DNA of 64,000 nt from the NCBI RefSeq assembly GCF_009914755.1, contig NC_060928.1; one strand, written 5' to 3'. Below are positions 30,925 through 43,459 of this stretch, one piece after another; position 1 is the first letter of the stretch; every line of letters starts with the position of its first letter. Below the pieces are notes generated by a model. It was given only the letters and a program-made list of their open reading frames with translations. It made no database searches and was not told the DNA's origin. The position numbers and the translations under genes are program-made. Source of the stretch: the human T2T-CHM13v2.0 reference genome, Homo sapiens.

Positions 30925-31208
30925 ACAAGATTATTTTCTTTTAAAAATAACTTCATTCCATTTATGAAAATAATACTTGCTTATTCTGAATTTAGAAAAA
31001 AAACCTCTCCCAATAGAAAAGCTTACAAAAAATAGAGTAAAAACCACCTTGAACTCGACTACACAAACCAATGTTAATATCATAGTAAACAACTTCTTAA
31101 TCCAATTGGGCTCTCTGCCCCTCATGTATCTGTTTATATTTTTACATAAACAGGATTAAATGATGTTTATACAATTAATGCTTATTGGATATTGGTCACA
31201 TCTAGAAC

Positions 31209-31521
31209 TTTTTCTTTTTCTTTTTTCTTTTTTTTTTTTTTTTGAGACAGATTCTTACTCTGTCACCCAGGCTGGAGTGCAGTGGCACTATCTCAGGTCT
31301 GCAACCTCTGCTTCCTGAGTTCAAGCGATTCTCTTGCCTTGGCCTCCTGAAGAGCTCCGATTATAGGAACACACCAACAAACCCGGCTACTTTTTGTATT
31401 TTTAGTAGCGGGGGGTTTGATATGTTGGCCAGGTTGTTCTCAAACTCCTGGGCTCAATCGATCCTCCCACCTCGGCCTCTCAAAGTGCTGGGATTACAGA
31501 CATGAGCCACCACCCCTGGCC
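31209..31521 (-). mobile_element. Alu SINE (AluJb/S-like)
   Basis: T-rich tail followed by full antisense dimer. Confidence 0.9.
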
Positions 31522-31554
31522 ACACCTACTTAATTATTTCAGTATTGGCTCTCT

Positions 31555-31565
31555 GGCTCTCTGTT

Positions 31566-31639
<74 letters not shown>

Positions 31640-31730
31640 TGTATACACACATACACATATATTTATATTTACAAGGGATGTAAATATATATGTGTGCATA
31701 TATATACATAAATACACACATATATATTTA
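31555..31730. repeat. Compound microsatellite (CT)n(AT)n(CA)n and degenerate TA/CA
   Basis: Read directly. Confidence 0.95.
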
Positions 31731-31779
31731 TACCCCTTATTCATAGGTCAGTGTGATTAAAAATAGGTCCTGTATCTAG

Positions 31780-31937
31780 AGACTCAGAGTTTCAGTTTTG
31801 CAAGAAGAAAAGAGTTCTGGAGATGGATGACGGTGATCTTTGTACAACAATGTAAATACATTTAATGCTACTGAACTGTACACTTAGAATGATTATGTGG
31901 TATATTTTATATTATATGTACTTTATCACAATTAAAG
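31780..31937 (+). mobile_element. L1MB 3'-terminal fragment
   Basis: CAGAGTTTCAGTTTTGCAAGA...GTTCTGGAGATGGATG...ACTGAACTGTACACTTA. Confidence 0.85.
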
Positions 31938-32148
31938 ACAAACAATAAATAATGAGTTTAGACATTTCAATTCAGGGGTATCTAAAAGCCTGGTCTCTCT
32001 GACACAGCTCTGTAATACCTGGCTTTGAAGAAAGACTGTATCAGGCTCCGAATGAGTTTAAGTTATGTGTATCTCAGTATCTCCAATGTGTTAAGAATTT
32101 TGAACATCATTTTGTTTGAGGAAACACGATTAAATATGGCTATTAGTA

Positions 32149-32335
32149 CAGACAGGCCCCACAATTGTTCCACTTACAATTTTTTGACTTTACCATGGTG
32201 TGAAAGCCACATGCATTCAGTAGAAACCCTACTATGATGTTAGATAGGTTAGCTGTATTACATGCATTATAACTTATTTTTAATTTATAATAAGTTTATC
32301 AAAATGTAACCTCATCATAAATCAAGGAGCATCTG
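32149..32335 (-). mobile_element. Internally deleted MER47 (Tigger5-derived MITE)
   Basis: TA|CAGA...GGAGCATCTG|TA termini; both ends match, in reverse, the copy at 54584-54928. Confidence 0.8.
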
Positions 32336-33475
32336 TATATGTATACAATGTCTATAATTATTTTTGGAAAAAGCCAATCAAATTGGTTGTAAATTAAGTT
32401 TCTAATTTTTTCTTCCCTGGAAAATTTCTAAAAAGGCTATGATATAATAGCTAGATTCCTTTTCATTTTGAAGGGCATAAATCCAACATTTTAATTTCTG
32501 TATATCATGACCCCTTGGAAAGTCTGCATTTTCTCCCATCCCCTCCCATCCCCTCCCATACCCTCCCCTCTCCTCCCTTCTATTTCCCTCTCTTCCTTCC
32601 AAATAGCCTTAACATGAGTTGCTGTTGTTTCTCCTGGACATGCTTGACCAGGAATAGCAGTTGGCTTCTGAATTGTCAGTTACAATAGTTACATGCCCTT
32701 GAGTAGTCTGAAATTAATAAGAGTATATTTTAATATGATTTTTTAAGCAGAAAATAATATAATAATAACAACAAAACAAAAAGCAACCTGATTTTTGCTT
32801 AAGAATTCAGGGACACTCATTTCATCAAGGAACTGAAAATTCAAGTTCAGTTTAATAAGGGCATTGGCTCATTTCTTCAGCACTCCAGTTTTTTCTCATT
32901 TGCTAATTTCATCATTTGGTTGTATTTCCCAGGCATGTACTAAAAGACAGCGGTAGTAGCAGACTTCATCAACATCAACCACATTATGTAGAAGGAGACT
33001 GTCTATATGCCTAAATTTTTAGACAATATCCTGAACTTCATTCTGAAATGGTCATCACTGCTTTGTAAATGCCATGAGCTTAACAACTTAGCCCTGCATT
33101 AACTGCAGCAATCACAGTGGCCATCTGAATAATCTTACAATGGTTATCTTTGACCAGTTTAGACTTACTCCTGTAGCTGTGTATGAAGTCAGTAGCTGTT
33201 AATAGGGAAGCAGTGAAATCTTATTAGTAGATAGTCATTAAGGCCATTACAGATGATTCCATGGCACAGTATTTGTGGTATGGCATAGAGTGTGATACCA
33301 GAGAAGTGATGGAAAAAATGAGTCTAAGAATGGAATCAGAATTACAATATATGTGGCCAAAAATAAGATATAGCAGCAGATTCGATTTAACAGGGAGCAA
33401 CCTAGGGACCAGCCCAAAGCGTCTATATCTAAGGTGATTAGGTGATTGCTCAAACTTCACTGAAGGCCCACTCTT

Positions 33476-33806
<331 letters not shown>

Positions 33807-33861
33807 TGAAGGCCCATTCTTTGACAGCACAGAGAAGAGCATTATACATGGGAGTCACTGT

Positions 33862-35170
33862 ATTCATTCATTCATTCATTCATTCATTCAGGCAGCAAAT
33901 ATTTATGGAGTTCCCACTATGATCCAGACCCTAGTGATAAAACAGCAAATAAAACAAGTTCCCTGCCTTTGGCACATACACAAGAAAACACAAAATAAGA
34001 GAGAAAGAACAAAAGTGGCTGTCAGGAACGTGCCTTGTTATATTTTACATGGGATGGTTTGGTATGGCTTTACTAAGAAAAATATATTTGCACAAAAAAC
34101 ATGATGAAAGTAATCAAAACAGAGTGAATATCAGATACAAAAACACTATAGTGGGAGCTTGTTGAACATTCCAAACAATTAGCAAGGTCACACTAAGAGA
34201 AGATTGGGTAAGGGAAAAAACAGTAGCAAACCATGCCATAGAGGTAGCATGGCCAGAACTCATAGTGTTTTCTAGGCTGTAGCAAAGACTTTGGCTTTTA
34301 CTTTTTGGGTGACATGGTCAACCTTTGGAGGGTTTCCAACAAGAAGAGCAATATCATCTGATTTATGTGTAAAATAATTTTTTTTACAGATGGGTTGAGA
34401 ATATATTATAAGAAGCAAAGAAATAAGGTAGGAACCTGTGTAAGCAATCTAGGTGAAAGATGAAGATAGTGTGGATGAGGGTGGTAAACATGAAGGTAGT
34501 AAAGAAAAAGTTGGATTTTGCATATTGGTGATAGAATAGACAGAATTTGCTATTGGATTTGGATGTGAAATATAAGAGCAAAAATGGTATGAAGGAAATC
34601 TCCAAGTGTGGCCTGTGAACTGAAAGATCACGTTCAGTTTGGGATATGTCAAGTTTGTCCTAAGTGTTAGATATATGCATGAAAATATTAATTAGTTAAT
34701 TACATTTGTGGAACTCAAAATAATCAGATAGAGATTGTGAAGGCATAGACATGGTGTTGGCTTATATTGCTATTATTTTGAATGGCAGTACCAAGTGCAT
34801 AATTGTAGGAGGAAAAAAAAGGTACCCAGAGTCCTGAGCCTGAGTCCCTTCAACTTGCACAGCTCTGGGAGATGAAAAGCAATTGGCAGAGGAGGAGTGG
34901 TAGAGTATGGGGAAGACTGAAACAAAAATCCAATGAAAATAATGTCTCAATAAGGAGAGGTCATCCATTTCAAATACTACTGATGGTTCAACTAGGATGA
35001 GAATTGGGACCAATCAATGGATTTAGCCATGTAGAGATCATTGTAGACTTTGATAAAAGTGCTTCATTAGAGTAGTGGTAGTGGTAAAAACCTAGTTGGG
35101 ATGGGTTTCAAGTGAGAATTATAAACAAAGTTGGAAATATTAAGTATTGATAATACATACAAGGATTTTT
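33862..35170 (-). mobile_element. L2 LINE 3' portion
   Basis: (CATT)n terminus plus CAAATATTTA; AAAGACTTTGGCTTTTAC; GATGAGAATTG...ATGGATTTAGC. Confidence 0.8.
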
Positions 35171-36139
35171 ACAGTAAAAAGAAGAAAGAGGATGTGAGGC
35201 CAATATAAAATTGTGTTTGTTTTTACATGACATATAATAGGATATTTGTTTGCTGATACAATGGTAAAGGATTAATATAGAGAGAAAAAGAGAGAGGGAG
35301 AGAAAAGTGGAGGAGGCGGGAGTATTAAATATTGCTGAAACAATGTCCTTCTATACTTGGATGACAAGAGGAATATGTTGTAGAAAGCAAGGAAAGGGCA
35401 TGCTCTTGGCTAGAAGCTTGTGGCATTCATCCATCAGTGTGCTTTTAATTTAAGAAACATGCAGTCGTTCACATTAAATGTTAGAATATAAAGATGACCT
35501 CCATCACAAAGAGTTTTTAATTTATAATTTAATACATTCAATATAAATGCATTTCATATTGTAATTTATTCAATACAAATGGTAAGATGCCTGAGTGCAA
35601 GAAGCTATTTTTGAGGGGATAAAATTAAATATGAGTGACATATACTCATACAATACTGAAAGAATAAAACATAAAATGATTAATTAATAAAAACGAATCC
35701 AACAGGATTTGAACAAAGCTAAATAGACTGTTAAATGTTCAATCAAAAAAGGAAACTGACATTATTTTATTCATGTGGGAGACTCCTCATGAATAACGGA
35801 AAAGATTTGGTATATTAGGCATAAAAATGGTACATATAAAAGCTATTGAACTCAAGCTAGTTCCCATTTGGTCCTTCGACCTACTTGAAAGAAAATACAG
35901 GCATTAGCTTTGCCACATATTCTTGAATACCAAGGCACAGCAAAATAAAATACACTAAAAAGCCCTTTAATTACCATGGCTACTGTCTTCAATCACTTAC
36001 TTGGCTTGTAGCTACAATACATGCCTACAGAGTAGAATAAAATACATAAAAATACAGTATAGTTTGTTTATAATACAATTCCAATAGACAGCATTTAGAG
36101 TGGACTTAGAATAAGATAATGGTGACCATAGTAATAGTA

Positions 36140-36362
36140 CAAGTTTAAAATATAAAAGACCTAGATTTGAATTCAGATTCTACCCCTTACTAGTTACGTG
36201 GTCTTATACAATGTCCTTTAACAAGCTTTTAGAATCTTTTGCTTCTTTAACTTTAAAAGGGAGATAAAAGTACCTCACAGAATGGTTGTAAAAATTAAAT
36301 AGGATGGAATGATGGACTAAGCACAAGCACTAGTATATATTAAGAAATACATCGATGCTAGC
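36140..36362 (+). mobile_element. MIR SINE
   Basis: AGACCTAGATTTGAATTC...CTTACTAG...GGAGATAAAAGTACCTCACAGAATGGTTG. Confidence 0.75.
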
Positions 36363-37018
36363 TATGTGATGGACAAGGATTGGAGCTATTACTCTGAATA
36401 CTTAGCAATAGATCCATTATTACCCTCCATACATAGTGGAAAAGCTGGAGCATAGCTTTTAAATTTTGTTCCAACTCTAAAAGTACATGAACCTACTACA
36501 TTAGCAAGTACTTCTTGAAGAAACATATTGGCCAATTTTCCCTATGACTCCTAATAGACAGTAAATCCCACAAATCTAATGTACTGTTTGAATACTGTGA
36601 ATGTTTTTTTTAAAGAAGTTCTTTATTCAAGATAGAAAATTATATACTAAATAACATGACAGTCAAAGGACCACCTTAAATTTATAAATTAACTTAAAAG
36701 GACAAATTCACAAAGAAAACAATGCAGACTATGTTTTCATTCCAGCAAAGGATTATATGTATAAACAAGGCCTACATTTATTAGACATCAGGAAAAAAAA
36801 ACAAACCTCTTTGACTGTTTTACAATAAAGAGAACAAAGATTTATTGGTATTTCACACAGAAATAATCAGTTTAGAGAGAGTTCTCAAAATTAAAAAAAA
36901 AAAGACATGAAATATCCCTAAATAAACCTTACTAAGCTAATCCTTAAAACCAGTAAAAATCGGTTGAAAAGCCTTTTAACAATTTGAATCTTTATTCTAA
37001 ATAAATTACTGTAACTTA

Positions 37019-37135
37019 CTATATTTTTTCTTATGTCATTACAAATTTTAAAAAGTAAGGTTTTTCATTTGAGAATCTTGAATTCTCAAGATTATTATTT
37101 TTCTTAAATTTATAATGACATAAGAAAAAATATAG
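37019..37135. repeat. Inverted repeat with 30-bp arms (29/30 complementary)
   Basis: CTATATTTTTTCTTATGTCATTACAAATTT (37019-37048) versus AAATTTATAATGACATAAGAAAAAATATAG (37106-37135). Confidence 0.95.
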
Positions 37136-37574
37136 GGGAGAAATCAAGGAATTAATATTAATTGAGTTCCTAATTTATAATCCTCATTCTTACTAATAGA
37201 ATTATAAATTTCATTTTAAGAATTAAGGAATTGGACGTGGAGTGGCTAAGCCATTGCTGCTGAGTAAACATGAGACCTGTCCAGCTTCATCTCCTGATGT
37301 GCATGGCTCTAAATTTTGTGCTCCTTCTGTTGCACCAGCTACTTCTCAATAGTAAAAGTAACAATGAATGTTGGCAACCTCTAGCACTGCATAAAGCAGT
37401 TGTTAATATTCCATGGAAGTGATCAGGGACTAGTTTAAGAATTTAGTTAACTCTTTGTACGGGAAAATGCACAAAAACCTGCAATTTTGCATGAGATATC
37501 AGGAACCTCTTGATGCTCTAAAATGCATGATAGGTCACAGTTTTAAGGATTGTGTTACAAGTCTGATTTTCTTT

Positions 37575-37745
37575 ACTCTTTTCAACAACTCTGTAAGGAA
37601 GGAACATGCTATTATGCTTATCTACCAATGAGGAAACTGAGGCAAAATATTAAGTGATTGGCTTACCTTCACACACACTAGAAACTTGTTGAGCCAGGAC
37701 CTTAACACAAGTACTATGACTACACATCCTTTGTTCTTTCACGCA
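37575..37745 (-). mobile_element. MIR SINE
   Basis: CAACAACTCTGTAAGG...ATGAGGAAACTGAGGC...TAAGTGATTGGC. Confidence 0.82.
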
Positions 37746-38549
37746 CATCAGGTTATCTGGCATGCATGAAATTAATTTATTAGTAAATATCTTTTACTAT
37801 AAGAAAATTATCAGTATCATTTTTTCCAAGATTTTCTAGAAAGAAATATCTTCAAGGCCTTTTTTGTTCTTTCATTACATATTTTTGCCTGGATGGTGAA
37901 ATGTTTTCTAAATGAGCCAATTGTCTGCAGCTAGCTAAATGGGGCAGTAGCCATCCAAATGTAGACAGAGCAATGCACACTCTGTCTTCATCCTACAGAG
38001 CAAAATTGCATGGGCTATGAAGTGTTAAATGTTGCAGTAAAATGAAAAAGAAAGTGATGACAAGAAAAGGAATGACAACAGTTTTCAGCAAAACATTTAT
38101 TCTTTTCAGAAGAACGATTTCAGGGGTATAGAAATATTTCATCAACTAAGTTGACTACATTTCATTTAAATAAAATATTTAGTTTCTAATGTAAAGTAGT
38201 TATTGTGTCAATCACACCCCAGCAGGTGTAATAGGGAAGAATATTGGGAAAATTTGAATGTGTACAAAAATTGGACAAGAAAAATTAACGATCAAGAAAT
38301 ATTTGCAAAAAATATATAATTGATATTACCATGAGTAAAATAGTGTAGTTTTACTTTGATTCCATGAAAATATCACTACAATTTAATTGTGATATTGTGG
38401 AGAGACAAACTATCTAAATAAGCAAGAAAAAATACACTTATAAGGAAAGTTCAAATTATTAATATTTTAAAGTACTGAAGTGCTAAAGATACTATTTGCA
38501 AGAGTTTTAATGGAATTCAGAATGCCAGTTCTTGTTGACATATCTCAAA

Positions 38550-39680
38550 TTATCCAATTATCTCTATCATTTCTGCCAACTCAGAGGTCCAAGTTACTAT
38601 CATCTTTGGCCCAGGCTAGGAAATATCTTCCTAATTAGTCTCCTGGCCTCCAACTTTAGCATCCTTCAATTTATACTGCAGTCAATTATCTCTTCAAAAT
38701 GCAAATATAATCAGATCAGTTCTTTCTAAAACCCTAAACTGGTTTCCAATTACTCTTGAAGAAAAAGACCAAAATCCTCAACATGGCCTGTCAGGCTCTG
38801 CAGCCTACCTCTATCTCCCCATTCTCATCTCAGACACACCCTGTTCATTCTCTAGCTAGAATTGCCTTTTTCAAGGGCCTAAGATGTCACATGCCTTCCC
38901 ATTCCAGGACTGATGAAGAGTCTGTGCCCTTTGCTTGGCACACTGTTTCATGACTTCCCTCCAGCCACTATACATAGTTAACAATTATTGGGCCAGGCGT
39001 GGTGGCTCACTCCTGCAATCCCAGCGCTTTGGGAAGCCAAGGCAGACAGATCACTTGAGCTCAGGAGATCAAGACTAGCCTGGCCAACATGGTGAAACCC
39101 CGTCTCTACTAAAAGACAAACAAACTTTAGCCAGTGTGGTGGCACACTTGTAATCCTAACTATTCAGGAGGCTGAGGCAGGAGAATTTCTTGACTCCTCC
39201 GAGACGTGGAGGTTGCAGTGAGCGGAGATCGCACTCCAGCACTCCAGCCTGGGAGACAGAGCAAGACTCCGTCTAAAAATACAAACAAACAAAAAACCAA
39301 AACCCCACAAAACAATTATTGATCCTTCAGATCTCACAAGAAACGTAATTCTCCTAGGGACATTTTCGTTTCACACCAGAATAAGCACTTTCTTGTTATT
39401 CCTGTTGTTACATGCTACTATAGATTCATGTTCTTCTCCACCATGCTCTTACGGATTCATGTTCTTCTCCACCAAGCATGCATCTCAGTTTGTAATTTTA
39501 CATTCACTTGAAGATTATTTTACTAATGCCTGTCTCCCATCTCTTCACCAAATTAAAAGCCTCCTAAGATCCTAACACCTGTGACTATGTTTATTTTTGT
39601 TTACCATTATATGCACACCTTGAATTATAATATTGGGCCAATTGCAGGCATTCAGTAGATGTTTGTCTGAAAAAATGACA
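38550..39680 (+). mobile_element. L2 LINE 3' portion, split by an Alu
   Basis: CTAATTAGTCTCCTGGCCTCC, CAAAATCCTCAACATGGCCT, CAGGCATTCAGTAGATGTTTG. Confidence 0.8.
38991..39310 (+). mobile_element. Alu SINE (AluS)
   Basis: Full dimer; TSD AACAATTATTG at 38980-38990 and 39311-39321. Confidence 0.93.
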
Positions 39681-39899
39681 GAAAATTTTAATAAAAAAGA
39701 TACAAAATATCATAAATTATATTTTTATTTGTTTTTAAAATGTGGGTTTATATTTATATAAAAGTCTCTATATTCATTACTCTATTGTTATTATATTCCA
39801 AGAAATGTGTGAAATATTTTTCCAATATCTCTCGTAAACAGATGCCACTACCAGCCTGGGATTCCTGAATGCAGAGACTGAGTCACAAAGATTCCCCTT

Positions 39900-40894
39900 T
39901 GTAGGGAAAAGAGCGATCAGACTGTTACTGGGTCTACGTAAACGAGGAAGATATAAGAAACTCCATTTTGATCTGTACCCTAAACAATTGTTTTGCCCTA
40001 AGATGCTGTTAATCTGTAACTTTAGCCCAACCTTGAGCTCACAGAAACATGTGTTTTATAGAATCAAGGTTTAAGGGATCTAGGGCTGTGCAGGACGTGC
40101 CTTGTTAACAAAATGTTTACAGGCAGTATGCTTGGTAAAAGTCATCGCCATTCTCCATTCTCGATAAACCAGGGGCACAATGCACTGCAGAAAGCCGCAG
40201 GGACCTCTGCCCTGGAAAGCCAGGTATTGTCCAAGGTTTCTCCCCATGTGATAGCCTGAGATATGGCCTCAGGGGATGGGAAAGACCTGACTGTCCCCCA
40301 GCCCGGCACCCGTGAAGGGTCTGTGCTGCCGAGGATTAGTAAAAGAGGAAAGCCTCTTGCAGTTGAGATAAGAGGAAGGCCTCTTTCTCCTGCCTGACCG
40401 TGGGAACTGAATGTCTCGGTATAAAACCCGATTGCACATTTGTTCTAATCCGAGATAGGAGAAAAACCGCCCTGTGGTGGGAGGCAAGACGTATTGGCAG
40501 CAATGCTGCTCTATTACTCTTCACTCCACTGAGATGTTTGGGGGGAGAGAAACATAAATCTGGCCTACGTGCACATCCAGGCATAGTACCTTCCCTTGAA
40601 CTTATTTGTGACACAGATTCCTTTGCTCACATGTTTTCTTGCTGATCTTCTCCCCACTATCACCCTGATCTCCCACTGCATTCCTCTTGCTGAGATAGTG
40701 AAAATAGTGATCAATAAATACTGAGGGAACTCAGAGACCGGTGCTGGTGCAGGTCCTCCGTATGCTGAACGCCAGTCTCCTGGGCCCACTGTTCTTTCTC
40801 TATACTTTGTCTCTGTGTCTTATTTCTTTTCTCAGTCTCTCATCCCACCTGACAAGATATACCCACAGGTGTGGAGGGGCAGGCCACCCCTTCA
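39900..40894 (+). mobile_element. HERV-K(HML-2) solo LTR, full length (995 bp), LTR5B/5A type rather than LTR5_Hs
   Basis: TGTAGGGAAAAG...GATCAGACTGTTACTG start; GAAAGCCAGGTATTGTCCAAGG; CCCACAGGTGTGGAGGGGCAGGCCACCCCTTCA end; TSD CCCTT at 39895-39899 and 40895-40899; AATAAA at 40713-40718. Confidence 0.96.
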
Positions 40895-42786
40895 CCCTTA
40901 TCACAGGCAAAGTGAACAGAGAATTCAGCCTTTGCTTTGTACCTCTTCAGGAATGAAATTGAGTGAGGCGCTTCCTCTGATCATTAAATCCAATGCCCAT
41001 TTCCTAAAGAAACTGCTGATGCTAAACTCAGGATGCCATTTATCCTTATTTTCAAAAGTCAGCCCTCAGAATTCAGAGCCCCTGGTATCCTTTGTGTCTT
41101 GTTCCCAAGTGTCCTGGCATGTTCTTGAGCCCAGTCTATCCCAGCCATTTTTATTCTCTCAACTCTACTCTCCACAGTTGTATCTCTCCATCATCTACTG
41201 ACTCCATTATTTCAGAGAATTTTTTCTTTACATCTATTTATTAACCGAAGACTGGCTCCATTCTAAAAATAATATCTTTTCTCCAGGACTTTCAGGCTCC
41301 CCACTTAGGCTTATTCAAACAGGATGATATACTAAGCCATAGATTTTTCCCTCAGTCTACTGGGGTTTTAAACCAAATACACTTCATAAATCCTTCACCT
41401 TGAGAACCTGAATGAGGTAATCTATGTACAGTTTTTAGCACAGTTCCTAGAACACAGGATTAGCAATCAAACATTGTGGAATAATACTATTATTCCAGAC
41501 CATTAGTGCCCCTCCCTTGTTATTATCAATGTAAAAATGAAAGATAAAACCTGATCCATTAAGGCCCACGTAATTTGGATACATTATACTGTTTCTTCTC
41601 TCTTTGCTTTCAGCCACAGGTGTTGTGGTCATTACCTCATTTACTGAACACTTAGCATATGCCTCTGTCTACCTCCTACCTTTAATCCTGCTATTTTGTT
41701 AAATGACTTCGCTATCCCATTGGTTAATCCATCCCAATAATTTAGCTTGTCATTCATTGCCGTGTTCGTCTTTAGGATTTATTCTTCCACAAATTATACT
41801 TCATTCCTGTTTTCATGCAGGAATTCACTCCTGGCATTTATCAGAGAATTAATATTTTACCAAATCTCTCAGTCAATGAATTTAAAAAATGGGAAAATAT
41901 ATTGCAATCTCTTGAAAAGATTAAAATTTATTAGTCAACCTAGAGATATTTCTCTTTGAAGATATTCAAGGACATAAAGTCAAAAGCAAACGTAGGAAAC
42001 ACTAACACATGGAATCCAGCTTTAACATTTTCGGGAACCGGGATAAAAGCATGTAGGGGAGAAATGATCATGATCAAATCATTCAGTCTAGTTTGTAGCT
42101 GTTGTAGTGTTATAATTGTGCTTCATGGCAGTGTCTACTGCTAAAAGTGAGTCATCTCTGCAAAGAAAATACATATTAATGGACTTCTGGCTGCTTCTTA
42201 TGATGTAGAAAGCAGAAAGAGCATCATATCAATCCGAACAATAAGAAAAAATGAACAATCTAAAAATCATAACATTATTAATTCATCTGAGACCTGAGTT
42301 TGCAGGTTACTAAAATTCTACCAGAACATTCCTGATACACTCATTAATGACATCTGCTGTATATACATCAACAAATGCCTTTACTGAACCTCTTTAAAAT
42401 CATGTTTTGAGACAGTTTCCTCTTGGCTTCATGATAGTAAACTCTTCGTTTAGTCCTTTCATCTTTTCTGACACTTGTTCTCAATTCCCATGCAGAGGCA
42501 TCCTCCTTTACTCATGCCACTAAGTATTAGGTTTTGTCAAGGTTTATACCAGGGTCTCTTCCCTTCTCATTGTACACATTCTCCTTAATCTATTTTGTTT
42601 TTCTCATAGGTGACTTCTAATCTCTCTAGTTCTTTATTTAATAGTGACATACTTTATGTTAAATTCCTACTTGACATGTCCTTATAGTGATCTCAACTTT
42701 AATATGTGCAAAATCAAACATGCTGTATCAATCTTCTGAACTTCTTGCAAAATTTGCCCTTCTTTAATTGTCACCACCATCTGTTC

Positions 42787-42876
42787 AGTTTTTTTGTTAG
42801 GGTTAATGAAGGTGGTAAGGATGGGGGGAATTAAGGAAGTTAGGGCTAGGGTGGTTATAGTGGCATACATGGTTAT
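42787..42876 (-). pseudogene. MT-ND5: NUMT: 5' fragment of mitochondrial ND5
   Basis: Minus strand ATAACCATGTATGCCACTATAACCACCCTAGCC... reads [29 protein letters not shown] in the mitochondrial code, directly after tRNA-Leu as in mtDNA gene order. Confidence 0.96.
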
Positions 42877-42947
42877 TACTTTTATTTGGAGTTGCACCAA
42901 AATTTTTGGGGCCTAAGACCAACGGATGGCTGTTATCCTTTAAAAGT
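42877..42947 (-). pseudogene. MT-TL2: NUMT: complete nuclear copy of mitochondrial tRNA-Leu(CUN), 71 nt, anticodon TAG
   Basis: ACTTTTAAAGGATAACAGCCATCCGTTGGTCTTAGGCCCCAAAAATTTTGGTGCAACTCCAAATAAAAGTA; anticodon at 42913-42915. Confidence 0.97.
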
Positions 42948-42963
42948 TGAGAAAGCCATGTTG
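42948..42963 (-). pseudogene. MT-TS2: NUMT: 3' 16 nt of mitochondrial tRNA-Ser(AGY)
   Basis: CAACATGGCTTTCTCA abutting tRNA-Leu. Confidence 0.9.
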
Positions 42964-43459
42964 AATTCTAGAAATGCAAGATTTTTTCTTAATCATCTAA
43001 GCTATCTCATATTTAATGATTTTTACCTTTGAAATATATCTAAATTCACTCTTTGCACTATAGTTTATACCACACCACTTAATCTTGATTGAACACTATA
43101 ATACTTTAAAATCAAATTTGTCCTTCTCCTAAGCACCTAGTATTCATGATAGCATCAGATATTCCAGAATATATACACTGTACATTGAAAATAGGCATTA
43201 AAAACTAAGGAGTGGAAAACAAGATTAAGAGGTCCATCATGGTAACAACCCAATTCAATTTACAGCAATATCCTTTAAAGAGGTAAGATAATCGTTTCAA
43301 TTTGAAACAATGTAAGTCATAAATTTCTAATTAAGTAACAGGCTTGGGAAAGGATGAGGAAACTAACTTTTAACAATATAAATTGGAACACATTTGCTAT
43401 AGTATAAAATTAATATTCTTCACCATCCACTTATGTCACCACATCTTGTTCCCCCCTCC

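Noticed and set aside
40269-41201. ORFs in and after the HML-2 LTR
   Set aside because: Solo LTR: no primer-binding site or gag follows, and the TSD directly flanks both ends.
42682-42900. 72-aa ORF containing an ND5-like peptide
   Set aside because: Chance read-through from the tRNA copy across the NUMT into flanking DNA. Annotated as a NUMT pseudogene.
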